Origin: Candidatus Poribacteria bacterium
GTDB lineage: Bacteria > Poribacteria > WGA-4E > WGA-3G
Assembly (NCBI GenBank): GCA_965198235.1
Contig: OZ240248.1
Span: 2,784,001 to 2,848,000 of the forward strand
Reading direction: 5' to 3'
Length of the DNA: 64,000 nucleotides
Numbering within the stretch: position 1 is the first letter of the stretch; each line of letters begins with the position of its first letter. Shown here in pieces: positions 50,929 to 61,191 of this stretch. The notes below the pieces were generated by a model. That model worked only from the letters and a program-made list of their open reading frames with translations, did no database searches and was not told where the DNA came from. Position numbers and translations under genes: made by a program.

Positions 50929-51250
50929 TTCCCCAACCTTCCTGTCTATAGGCATCAATTGAGTATGCCCAGTAGGATTTCTTAACCCCATCGTCCCGCA
51001 ATTAGGTAGGTGCGGTTTTGCGGCGTACTCGCCCAAATGTGATCTGCATTCCTAACCGCACCCGACCTTCATTACAGTCTGGGGTGTGAGCAAGTTGGAT
51101 TCCACTATGTCCAGCCCAACCTACGAACTTTCTAACCTCTTTCTGAGCACACCTGAAAAAAGATTTGAAAAAGTTTGACGTTTATGGGTTAACCATAATA
51201 CGCTCACTGCTACCTTAAACTAACTGCCCAAACCTTGATAGGAGAGAAAA

Positions 51251-51358
51251 ATGCCATATAAGGCTATTGTATTCGATTTATTTGGAACTTTAGTCGAAAA
51301 TTTCAGCAGCCAAGCTTACGACCAAGTTCAAATTCAAATGGCAAAAGCCCTTTTTTGA
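51251..51358 (+). pseudogene. 35-aa N-terminal remnant of a HAD hydrolase
   Basis: GGAG RBS; MPYKAIVFDLFGTLV HAD motif I, then stops just before the guaB RBS. Confidence 0.65.
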
Positions 51359-51373
51359 CAGGAGGAATGAACA

Positions 51374-52873
51374 ATGGCTCATTTTTTTTCTGAAGCAAGC
51401 CGGACTTTCAGTGAATACTTGCTTTTACCTAACTTAACGACGAAGGATTGTATTCCTGAAAACGTTGTCCTGAGAACCCCCCTGGCGAAGTTTAAAGTGG
51501 GGCAACAACCATCTCTGGAAGTGAATATCCCGTTTGCTTCTGCAATCATGCAAGCTGTTTCGGATCACAATTTGGCAATTGCACTCGCAAGACAGGGCGG
51601 GATATCCTTTGTTTATGGGTCCCAAAGTATTGAAGAGCAGGCAGCAATGGTCCGAGCAGTTAAAAACCACAAAGCGGGTTTCGTCGTCAGCGACTCAAAT
51701 TTAAAGTGCGATAGCACCATAGCAGATGTCGTGAAACTAACCGAAGAAACAGGACACTCGACTATTGCTGTAACCGAAGAGGGTTCGTCTTCAGGAGAAC
51801 TACTCGGACTGATAACGGATAAGGATTATAGATTGAGTCGAGTGGATTTAAACGCTAAAGTAAGCGAATTGATGACTCCGTTTTCCCAACTGATTGTTGG
51901 TCGAAAAGGAATTACGATTGAAGATGCCAACGACCTCATTTGGAAACACAAGATAAATTGTTTACCGATTGTTGATGAAAACCGTAAACTGGTACATTTG
52001 GTCTTCAGAAAAGATTACGATGACCATAAGAAGAATCCCCTTGAATCAGTAGATTCCCATAAAAGACTTGTCGTCGGTGCCGGAATTAATACAAGAGATT
52101 ATAAAGAAAGAGTACCAGCACTGGTAGCAGCAGGTGTCGATATTATTTGCGTTGATTCTTCTGAAGGATATACAGAATGGCAATCAGACACCATTCGATT
52201 TATTAAAAATACGTACGATGATACTGTGAAAGTGGGCGGCGGGAATGTAGTTCACGGAGATGCATTTATGTATTTGGTAGAAGCCGGTGCTGATTTTATA
52301 AAAGTAGGTATCGGTGGAGGTGCTATTTGTATAACAAGGGAACAGAAAGGCATTGGTTGTGGGCAAGCGACTGCCGTCATTGAAGTCGCTCGGCAAAGGG
52401 ATTTGTATTTGAAGGAAACCGGTGTTTACGTGCCAATTTGCTCAGATGGCGGTATATTCCAAGATTATCATATTGGTTTGGCTCTTGCCATGGGTGCTGA
52501 TTTCGTGATGATGGGCAGATATTTTGCAAGATTTGATGAAAGTCCAAGTAAAGTAAGAAAATTGGGTATGAATACGGTGAAAGAATATTGGGGAGAAGGA
52601 ACAAAGCGAGCCTCCAATTGGCAACGCTATCACGAGGGCGGCGGTTCAGAATTACTGTTCGAGGAGGGTGCTGATGCATACGTACCATACGCAGGAAAGA
52701 TGGACGATAATTTGAAAACGACCCTCGCAAAAATCCGATCCCTCATGTGTAATTGTGGGGCGATATCCCTACCGGAATTTCGTCAAAAAGCGAGATTCGT
52801 ATTAGTCTCTTCAGCCAGTATTCGTGAAGGCGGTGTTCACGATATTATCCCAAGAACGACGCAAGATGGGTAA
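51374..52873 (+). CDS. guaB: IMP dehydrogenase
   Basis: [11 protein letters not shown] pair, [37 protein letters not shown]. Confidence 0.93.
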   Translation: MAHFFSEASRTFSEYLLLPNLTTKDCIPENVVLRTPLAKFKVGQQPSLEVNIPFASAIMQAVSDHNLAIALARQGGISFVYGSQSIEEQAAMVRAVKNHKAGFVVSDSNLKCDSTIADVVKLTEETGHSTIAVTEEGSSSGELLGLITDKDYRLSRVDLNAKVSELMTPFSQLIVGRKGITIEDANDLIWKHKINCLPIVDENRKLVHLVFRKDYDDHKKNPLESVDSHKRLVVGAGINTRDYKERVPALVAAGVDIICVDSSEGYTEWQSDTIRFIKNTYDDTVKVGGGNVVHGDAFMYLVEAGADFIKVGIGGGAICITREQKGIGCGQATAVIEVARQRDLYLKETGVYVPICSDGGIFQDYHIGLALAMGADFVMMGRYFARFDESPSKVRKLGMNTVKEYWGEGTKRASNWQRYHEGGGSELLFEEGADAYVPYAGKMDDNLKTTLAKIRSLMCNCGAISLPEFRQKARFVLVSSASIREGGVHDIIPRTTQDG

Positions 52874-52946
52874 AAAGTCAATCATGAAATGCCGAAAACT
52901 TCTCCTGTTTCTTTTTCATGGCATTTTTTTTCTAAAGGGAGAACAA

Positions 52947-54539
52947 ATGAAAACTTTCGACAACAAAATTGCACTTAATCTTGACGATGAGGCAGAAGTC
53001 TCCGTCAAAGGTTTCATCGCGCCGATTGAATACACCCAATACAATTTCCACGTGGAGTGGGACGAGTTGGCAAACTTTCGAGCTGCTGAACCAGAAAAAC
53101 AGTATCCCACATCCGTTTTTCAAGCGTTTTTCCCATCGGAACCGGTTTCGATCGGTGAATGTTGGGAGATTCAAGAAGAGGACACGCTAACGTTACTGAA
53201 GCAACTTCATCCCAACCCACGCCTGAAGCTGACCATTGACTCAGGAGATTCGTATGGTTTGTGGGCATGTCTGCGCGCTTACAATGACGGACTTACTGAA
53301 ATTGTGTTCCGTATCCATGCGGAATTCGTCATGGAAAGCGGTAAGTTTACCCCGTCACAATTTGCTGGACATCTGGTTATTGACCGGGTCGAAGAGAAGG
53401 TCGTCTCTTTCAAAATGTACGTACCTCCAACGACACTGAATTTCGATGCCGGTTGGACGCAAGAAGATGGTGGAACTTTTGTGGAAATCGGCTTTTGTCC
53501 GCAGATGGAACTTGCTGTTGGCACACAACCGCATGATGTCGAATTCACAGCGTCAATCACGCAAGAAGAAGCCGAACGCGCCCTGATATCGCGTTCCTAC
53601 AAGTTTCAGCAAATCAACTGGGTATCGCTGGAGGAAGCATTGGAAATGGCACCCGCAGAACAGAAACCGATTCATGTCATCTCAGTAGATGGACCGCTCT
53701 TCGACGAGGCGTGCTGAGGGAGTGGCAAAGGCCTGAGGGCAGGTGAGCTCTCCGAAGATCGAATCATAGCGTTCTTGAACGAAAACTTTATCAACACGTG
53801 GGTCCCGAATGCGGAATTAGGACGAACACCGAGTTTGCGAGAACCGATTGCGAGGCGACGCGAGCGCGAAGGTAAGACGTTCGATACAACGCACGCCTTG
53901 GCGCAGGCAATTATAAAAAGTTGGAAAAAAGGGTCACCGGTGGACTGCTTGGTTATCTCGCATGAGTTTGAACCGATGGGCAGCGTAGACTACAATGAGT
54001 TCCCTGAGAACTTAGGGGAATTTGACGATGACACAGAGGCTTACCTATTCTTTCTTGAGTCATCCTTGGAAGGAAAACGTCCTGGACTGGGCGACCTTAT
54101 CCTTACCCGTGAACAGCCTTCACAGGAGGTGGTAGACACTTTTCGCACCCCGAAGGTAGCACACCAGGACTACACTGTTGTCGTAATTGATGCCACAACC
54201 TTTGAAAGAGGTGGCACGCTCACCATTAACATCCACGTCGGTAGAGACGATGCCATAGGAATATTCCATCTCCTCGACGGAGACAGTAAACTTCCAACAG
54301 AAAAAGCTCCTGATGGCATTGATCCCGCAGTATGGAACGATCAAGAAAGTGAGGAATATAAGAAGGCATTTGATGCACTTACCAAAGTATGGGGTATATT
54401 CCCCGATGAAACTGGGCGAATTACGTACCAGTTCGATCGCGGTCAACGCTTTAAATTGTGTGCGACTGGAGATCAATGGGGTGGAGTAGGGACCATAAAT
54501 GCTTTTCACGCAAGAATATCTGTAGAGCCAGCAGACTGA
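52947..54539 (+). CDS. Selenoprotein N (SELENON)-like protein, Sec at TGA 53715-53717 (530 aa read-through product)
   Basis: Two ORFs in one frame separated only by TGA; junction FDEAC-U-GSGKGLR..LS...IIAFLNENFINTW; FRIHAEF and TPSQFAGH motifs; RBS before ATG 52947. Confidence 0.88.
53718..53752 (+). promoter_or_regulatory. Bacterial SECIS-like hairpin
   Basis: GGGAGT pairs with GCTCTC; upper stem GCCTG/CAGGT closes an AGGG loop (53736-53739) 18 nt after the UGA. Confidence 0.72.
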
Positions 54540-54579
54540 GGATCAGTTACCAGTTTACAATGGAAGTGTGTCCCGATGC

Positions 54580-55266
54580 TCATCCAACATCCGATAACCG
54601 CACAAACTGGTATCCATCTCGTTTAAGTGCCGCGATGATTCGGTCTGTCGCTTCAACCGTCCCTGAACGGTCCGCCTTCTTATTCTCTGCTTTGCCATCA
54701 TGTAGAACGATAATCGAACCCGGCTTTGTCTTCTTCAATACCGTCTCAGTGATCTTGTCAGGATTCTGTGTTGTCCAATCCCAACTCCATACATTGCAGC
54801 TGATGTGCGTTCGATCCCCTTTCGCGAGTACCCACGCCACCGGCAGAAACCTTGTCAACACCGGTGCTCGAAACACGACTTCACCTGTAATGTTGAATTG
54901 TTGAAGCAGGTTGTCCGTGCGTTCAATCTCCCGTCGAACATAGGTCGGTGGCAAGAAACCCAGCAGCGGGTGGCTGTAGGAATGATTGCCGATCTGATGT
55001 CCCTCAGCGATAACCCGTTTCACTGTTTCAGGATACTTTTCAACCCGATTTCCAATCATGAAGAATGTGGCTTTGACGTTGTGCTTAGCAAGGACATCAA
55101 GCAACCGATCGGTATAAGGCGGATTCGGTCCATCGTCATAGGTGAGTGCGACAATCCGTTGGTCTGTGTTCAGGTGAACAACATTCTTTCCGAACGGCGG
55201 TCTAAGGAAAAGCCATAGTAATGTCGCCGTTGCAAATCCTACCACAGCGGTGATTATTAAACTCAT
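54580..55266 (-). CDS. Polysaccharide deacetylase (NodB/CE4) with an N-terminal membrane anchor
   Basis: ALTYDDGP, ATFFMIG, GNHSYSH, FRAP, DW, IIVLHDG. Confidence 0.93.
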   Translation of the reverse strand: MSLIITAVVGFATATLLWLFLRPPFGKNVVHLNTDQRIVALTYDDGPNPPYTDRLLDVLAKHNVKATFFMIGNRVEKYPETVKRVIAEGHQIGNHSYSHPLLGFLPPTYVRREIERTDNLLQQFNITGEVVFRAPVLTRFLPVAWVLAKGDRTHISCNVWSWDWTTQNPDKITETVLKKTKPGSIIVLHDGKAENKKADRSGTVEATDRIIAALKRDGYQFVRLSDVG

Positions 55267-55852
55267 AGGGACTGTTTCTGCTTTAAAGGAACGAAACTTT
55301 TGGTGTGAACTGTTTGCTACTTAGCGTTTTCTAAATCTTTACATCTAACCCACGTTTTCTACATTATACGAGCAGCATCGCCGTTTGACAACACTTTTTC
55401 AAAAGCGAAAAAGACACCTAATTTCCCAAACCCGGTAGGAGTAGTTTGATGAAAAAAATAATTCGGTAATTGACGAGCGATGAATCGGCCTACTACAAAT
55501 GGAGCTGCTTGTAATCTTGCCATTTATAGCATGTTAGGAAATTACCTGATTAAAACGTGAGTTCGATTTAAGTGCGTAAGGGATCAACGCCGAATGCGTG
55601 TATGCCAGTTGGATTGTTGGGTTTCGCTGTGTCTATCACACGAAGGGTTCATTGAAAAGTGGAACTCCCGGTATAAATAAGATGGTCTTGGTGTTTCAAC
55701 GCTCAACCCAACCTACGTGTCTGAATGGCTATGTATCAGCCCGATTTTTTCTTGACGGTTTGTATCAAACGTGTTATTATTTTTCCAATTGATTGAAATA
55801 CAGCGCGGTTTAGGGTTTTCGCCTGCTGCAGTATCATTTGAAAGGGGCAATA

Positions 55853-56265
55853 ATGCAGAGCCACGAAGTAGATTACGAAAGGATGCCTTCCTCTGCGCCG
55901 CCTTGGGTACCGCACTGGACATTGCCTTCTCACGCAGATTGGGCGCAGGGTTTTTTGGTGGTGAGGGCTTTATTCTCCAGCGCCTACGCGGCGATGGCAT
56001 GGCGTTTGTACATGCTGGCGGGACAGTCGTCAAAAAGGAGCTCGTCAATGAGACGCTCCGCGTTGATACGGGTTGTCTTGTCGCTCTTTCATCCGGTGTT
56101 GACTACGACATTGAAATGGTCAAGGGTTTAAAGTCAATGTTCTTCGGTGGTGAGGGACTTTTTCTCGCGACCCTAAGTGGTACTGGCACCGTTTACCTCC
56201 AGAGTTTACCTTTTTCAAAACTGGCTGACCGTATCATTGAACAAGTCCCATCTTCAAGCAGCTGA
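55853..56265 (+). pseudogene. AIM24/TIGR00266-family gene with an internal deletion and frameshift
   Basis: RBS+MQSHEVDYE start jumps out of frame into KDAFLCAA...[13 protein letters not shown]...[19 protein letters not shown]. Confidence 0.78.
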
Positions 56266-56428
56266 TACTAAAAAGCCTCGCTGCGTCGGAAGTATTTCCC
56301 TTCGCTGTCTTAATTTTCAAAAAACTAATACGATGCTGTGAGCAAGCAACAATGGTCGCTTGCGGACTTTAAGCATAACCGCCAAGTTACCAACCCCGTT
56401 ATTTCACGCTTGGCGCATAGTTAAAAAT

Positions 56429-57532
56429 ATGAAAATTCGCTGTATTAAAGCCTATCAAGTTGACCTCCCGCTCTATGAAGGCAGCTATAACTGGTCCGGC
56501 GGGAAATCTGTATCCGTTTTTGACAGTACTATTGTCTCGGTTGAGATGGATGAAGGCATTACCGGTTATGGTGAGGTTTGTCCGTTGGGACCGTTCTATC
56601 TCCCCGCTTATGCTGAAGGCACCCGCACTGGCATTGCTGAACTTGCACCACACCTCATCGGTGAAGACCCGACGCAGCTGCTTCCGCTCAATCAACGTAT
56701 GGATACCGCGCTCAAGGGACATCCGTACGTGAAATCAGGGATTGACATCGCGTGTTGGGATATTCTCGGCAAGGTTTCAAACCAATCCGTCTGCACGCTT
56801 CTCGGCGGTAGGTATGGTGAGGATTTCATGCTCTATCGTGCGATTTCTCAACAATCCGCCGACGAGATGGCGGCGAAGGTTGCTACCTATCGTGCGGAAG
56901 GATATCGCAAATTCCAATTGAAGGTCGGTGGCGACCCAAATACAGATATTGAACGTATCCGAGCGGTTGCCGAACTGATGCAATCGGGGGATGTACTCAT
57001 TGCGGATGCGAATACCGGTTGGTTGATGCACCAAGCCGCCCGCGTCGTCCGTGGTGTGCGCGATGTGGATGTCTACATTGAGCAGCCCTGTCTCTCATAT
57101 CAGGAATGCCTCGCGATCCGTCAGCGTACAGATCACCCGTTTGTTCTCGACGAGACGATTGACAGCATCGAAGCATTGTTACGCGGTCATGCCGACCGAG
57201 CCATGGATGTCGTCAATATTAAGATAAGCAAATTCGGTGGGTTGACCAAAGCGAAACTCGCGAGAGATCTATGTGTTGAACTCGGAGTCGCGATGACAAT
57301 TGAAGATAGTTGGGGCGGTGATATTACAACCGCCGCGATTGCCCACCTCGCCCACAGCACACCGCCAGAATTTCTCTTCACAGCGACCGATTTCAACAGT
57401 TACGTCACCGTCAGTACAGCGGAAGGTGCCCCGCAACGCGCCAACGGCAGAATGGCAGCTTCAACACAACCCGGTTTGGGGATCACTCCGAATATGGCTG
57501 TGTTGGGAGAGGCGTTAGTTCACGTGGAGTAA
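56429..57532 (+). CDS. Enolase-superfamily (MLE subgroup) enzyme, cis-3-hydroxy-L-proline dehydratase / proline-betaine epimerase-like
   Basis: [51 protein letters not shown]. Confidence 0.82.
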   Translation: MKIRCIKAYQVDLPLYEGSYNWSGGKSVSVFDSTIVSVEMDEGITGYGEVCPLGPFYLPAYAEGTRTGIAELAPHLIGEDPTQLLPLNQRMDTALKGHPYVKSGIDIACWDILGKVSNQSVCTLLGGRYGEDFMLYRAISQQSADEMAAKVATYRAEGYRKFQLKVGGDPNTDIERIRAVAELMQSGDVLIADANTGWLMHQAARVVRGVRDVDVYIEQPCLSYQECLAIRQRTDHPFVLDETIDSIEALLRGHADRAMDVVNIKISKFGGLTKAKLARDLCVELGVAMTIEDSWGGDITTAAIAHLAHSTPPEFLFTATDFNSYVTVSTAEGAPQRANGRMAASTQPGLGITPNMAVLGEALVHVE

Positions 57533-57536
57533 TTGT

Positions 57537-58553
57537 ATGCCTATCAGAATCCTCTCCGCGTCCGATGTCCGAGAAGCCCTACCGATGTCCAAAGCAATTG
57601 ATGCGATGCGGCACGCCTACAGCCAACTTTCGGCAGGCAAGGTGACCGCTCCGCCACGCCAACATCTCTCCACTGACAAAGGCGTTACGCTCATAATGCC
57701 TGCCTATCTACCTGAGTGCAGCGAGTTCGGCATCAAAGTCGTCTCGGTCTATGACGATAACCCGAACCTCAACCTACCTCGCATCACAGCGACAGTCTTA
57801 GTGCTTGATCCAGAGACAGGATCCCCAAAAGCATTCATGGACGGTGCCAGCGTCACTGCTATCCGAACAGGTGCCGGTGGTGGCGTGGCGGCAGATTTAC
57901 TTGCGCGGAACGACGCAAAAACGGTTGGGTTATTTGGTGCAGGTGTACAGGCGAGGGCACAGTTACGGGCGGTGATAGCGGTTAGGGACATCGCGCGCGT
58001 TAACCTCATCAGTCGCACACACGCCTCTGCACAACAGTTTGCCACTGAGATTTCAGAGTGGTCAGATGCGCCAGAAGTCAACCTTGTATCTACGCCACAA
58101 GAGGTGGTGCAGGACGCTGATATTGTTTTATGTGCAACGACATCGGCAACCCCGCTTTTTGATGGAAACGCTCTGAAACCCGGTACGCACATCACAGCTG
58201 TTGGCACGTTCGTTCCAGAAAAACGGGAAGTCGATACAACGACAATAAGAAGGGCACATCGGATTGTGGTCGATTCACGGGAAGCCTGCTTAGAGGAGGC
58301 GGGAGACCTGATTATTCCGAACGCTGAGATTGAAAGTCTGTTGCGGACTCAAAAACAAGCAAGCAAAGCACCGCAACAGACTTTCGCTGAAATCGGAGAA
58401 ATCGTCAACGGCGATAAACTCGGACGGCAGTCAGACGACGAAATCACGTTTTTCAAATCGGTAGGCGTGGCGGTGCAAGATGCAGTCGCAGGCGCAGCGG
58501 TACTTGCAGAAGCGGAAGCAAAAGAGTTAGGTATTGTCGTTGAAATGGCATGA
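57537..58553 (+). CDS. Ornithine cyclodeaminase/mu-crystallin family protein (possible pyrroline-2-carboxylate reductase)
   Basis: MPAY, KVVSVY, TAIRTGA, GAGVQA, EAGDL, FKSVGVAVQD. Confidence 0.88.
   Translation: MPIRILSASDVREALPMSKAIDAMRHAYSQLSAGKVTAPPRQHLSTDKGVTLIMPAYLPECSEFGIKVVSVYDDNPNLNLPRITATVLVLDPETGSPKAFMDGASVTAIRTGAGGGVAADLLARNDAKTVGLFGAGVQARAQLRAVIAVRDIARVNLISRTHASAQQFATEISEWSDAPEVNLVSTPQEVVQDADIVLCATTSATPLFDGNALKPGTHITAVGTFVPEKREVDTTTIRRAHRIVVDSREACLEEAGDLIIPNAEIESLLRTQKQASKAPQQTFAEIGEIVNGDKLGRQSDDEITFFKSVGVAVQDAVAGAAVLAEAEAKELGIVVEMA
58332..58385. repeat. 54-bp palindromic element in frame within the cyclodeaminase gene
   Basis: GAAAGTCTGTTGCGG...CCGCAACAGACTTTC perfect 15-bp inverted repeat. 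Confidence 0.8.
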
Positions 58554-58569
58554 GGAGCGGAGTGGCATT

Positions 58570-58935
58570 GTTCAGCGGTGCTTCCTTGAGTCGTGCGAAC
58601 TTAACCATTCGTCCAATGGTCGGCTGCCAAAATCGAACGGTCCGGTCATCACCTGCGGAAACAATCATGGAAAGCCCCGACACATCAGGACGCAGTGCCA
58701 AGTCGTGTACAGGTAGCGTATGATTGTTCAGACTTCGGATCAACTCACCGGATGTCAGGTCCCAGACACGCAGACTCTGATCAACTCCTGTGCTCACGAG
58801 TGTCTTTTTATCATTGAGAAAACAGAGAGACGATACACCGCGTGAATGACCTTCCAACTGCTGGATAGCGGTGCCAGTGTGCAAGTCCCAAAGGATGATG
58901 CGCCGATCCAGACTTGCAGATGCAAGTGATGACAC
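58570..58935 (-). pseudogene. WD40-repeat gene fragment
   Basis: LASASLDRRIILWD, GHSRGV, STGVDQSLRVWD, SAGDDRTVRFW; too few repeats for a propeller; limits approximate. Confidence 0.75.
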
Positions 58936-59098
58936 ATCCCGCTCCCCATAGTCTGCTCCTTGCTCAATCCACAACCTAATCAAGATGTCAATGACTTACA
59001 CAATGTAAACACTATCTAAACACTACCTACAAAAAAAATGCACAATTTCACGGAAATTTGTGAAATTATGCATAATTTTTTACAATTTCTTTATTTTT

Positions 59099-61051
59099 TT
59101 AGAATTTTCCAAAGACACGCACAAAAATTTCCATGTAGTTCTGATCATTAACATCTCCGATTGCGCGCTGATCTATGTAACGTGCGCCGATATGCAGAAA
59201 AAGCCGCTTCTCATAAGCAACAAAACTCTTTTCCATTTCAGCCAACAGGGCTTGACGGACAAAGTCGTTATCGTTCTTAAGCATATCGTTGAACAGGAGA
59301 ATTTGCCCACCACCGGTGAGCTTGATAGTTTTCGTAAACTGATAGACGACCTTGAGGATAAGTGCCGAAGCCATATCCCGTACATTGGCACGTTCAATTT
59401 CGCGCAATCGGAATCGACGGGAGACATCCCTACCGTCGATTTCCCCGGCTAAGGACAGGTATTCAAGCCGGTCATCCGCCATCCGGAAACCATTACGGAT
59501 GGTGGATTTGAACATTGGGCTGATCTCCAGCGATTTAGAAGGACGGAGACGGTACAGGGTTTTGAAAATGCCGACTTCGTAATGTTGGTTGTCCTTCTCG
59601 AAATCGTAGTCGTATTGAATTTTGGCGCGAGCTGTCGTGACCATCCGGTCAATTCCTAAGTATTCATACGTGAGTTTGGCAGTGTTAATCAGGTCGTTCT
59701 GCATAAGCAATGGATCTCTGCGCCGTTTTTCAACTTCGGTGCCACCATCAATGTAAAAAAACTGCACTCCCCCGTCCCTCTCCAGTTTCCGGACTTCCGG
59801 CTGCGCCCGATACAATCCTTCCTCCGTTCCGCTCAGAAATCCAGCATAATACCATGTTTCATCAGGAATCCTGTCTTTCACCAATTTCAGTTCATTCTCA
59901 AAAACAACTGAAGAAGCACGTGCGAGTTCTTTCCGGTAAACGAGATTCGCGAATGCTTTCGTTGAGGATGGCGTATTTCTGAGTCTGAGGTTTTCTTCGA
60001 TCTGCAATCCAAGATCTAAATCAACGACACTCGACTGATGAGTCAGCTTACGGTTCATGAAAAGTCGTATCCCTTGCAGTCCAACATCGAATTCGTAATT
60101 CGGATCCTGATCGTTCTCCTCCTCATCCCGGATGCCGTTGTTGTTTAGATCGCTTTCGTCTAAGAAATCCTCATCGACATCGAAAAGCAGAATATCATCC
60201 TCGTAGTCGAAGATGCCGTTGTTATTTTTATCAAGGTCTCCGGGAATAATCAAGGAGGGTGGGTCAAGCGGTGTGTTATCGGAGTAGCGGTCCTGGTCAT
60301 CGTTGTCGCCGACGGATCGGGAGGCATCAAACCGCGGACCGACGCGATACGCTTCCGCCTGAAAAATCGTATCTCCAACGGTTTGGAATGCTTTGAAAAC
60401 TGTTGTCGTCGCATCGAAACGTGAACTTAAGTTTTTCTGCAACGCACTCTTCGGTGTGACAGCCACCTCTGCTTTTACACCGTAGTTGGTGAAATTAGTT
60501 TCCATATCTACCGCCCATACGGGTGTCTCGCGGAAGTACCAAGAGAGCCCTAATTGGGATCTACCGAACTTTGTGACTTCACGCAAGCCGATACCAGATT
60601 TCTCTCCTCTTCCCTCACGTCCATTCAGTCGATTGAGCAAACCGGGCACCATTAGGATTGTCCAATCGGTGCGATTAGAGCGGACTTCCCAACGGACACC
60701 GCTTAGGTCGATCTGATCGAAGGTGAATTTCGTGAAGGTCGTCGGGACCTCTCCGAGACTCAAAATATTTTTGACACTGCCTGCAGTTTCCTCAATCACC
60801 ATGACACTGTGGAAGCCGCGCCGAAAGAGACGGTCAAAATCGAAACTGTCTTGTCTAACACGCTCCTCCTCTGTATCCGCGAGGAAATTCCGCCTATTTG
60901 TGAAATCGTATTCGACACGTCCGGATAGGAACAACTTACCAAATAGGCTGTACGCATCCTCTGCCTCAGCAGAGAACATCAGAGAACAGTTTAACAGTAA
61001 GAAGAGAAAGCCAGGAATCAAGCACTTTCGGATACCTATTTTTGTGTTCAT
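59099..61051 (-). CDS. Probable outer-membrane beta-barrel protein with Asp-rich Ca-binding-like loops
   Basis: Signal peptide, amphipathic strands, DLDKNNNGIFD and DLNNNGIRD motifs, terminal FVRVFGKF. Confidence 0.75.
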   Translation of the reverse strand: MNTKIGIRKCLIPGFLFLLLNCSLMFSAEAEDAYSLFGKLFLSGRVEYDFTNRRNFLADTEEERVRQDSFDFDRLFRRGFHSVMVIEETAGSVKNILSLGEVPTTFTKFTFDQIDLSGVRWEVRSNRTDWTILMVPGLLNRLNGREGRGEKSGIGLREVTKFGRSQLGLSWYFRETPVWAVDMETNFTNYGVKAEVAVTPKSALQKNLSSRFDATTTVFKAFQTVGDTIFQAEAYRVGPRFDASRSVGDNDDQDRYSDNTPLDPPSLIIPGDLDKNNNGIFDYEDDILLFDVDEDFLDESDLNNNGIRDEEENDQDPNYEFDVGLQGIRLFMNRKLTHQSSVVDLDLGLQIEENLRLRNTPSSTKAFANLVYRKELARASSVVFENELKLVKDRIPDETWYYAGFLSGTEEGLYRAQPEVRKLERDGGVQFFYIDGGTEVEKRRRDPLLMQNDLINTAKLTYEYLGIDRMVTTARAKIQYDYDFEKDNQHYEVGIFKTLYRLRPSKSLEISPMFKSTIRNGFRMADDRLEYLSLAGEIDGRDVSRRFRLREIERANVRDMASALILKVVYQFTKTIKLTGGGQILLFNDMLKNDNDFVRQALLAEMEKSFVAYEKRLFLHIGARYIDQRAIGDVNDQNYMEIFVRVFGKF

Positions 61052-61191
61052 ATCGTATTGGAAACCGTCAGGGCGTTCGCTGCGCTCACTCTCGGCGTAA
61101 TGGTTATCGGCTGTCGGTTTTCAGTTAAGAGGTTGTGGAAGGGGTTTGTAACCCCGATTTCACCCTCTTGCTGACTGCTGACGGCTATTCC

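Noticed and set aside
52824-54539. Two separate hypothetical proteins as in the ORF track
   Set aside because: Same frame, continuous SELENON-like motifs across the TGA and a SECIS-like hairpin favour one gene
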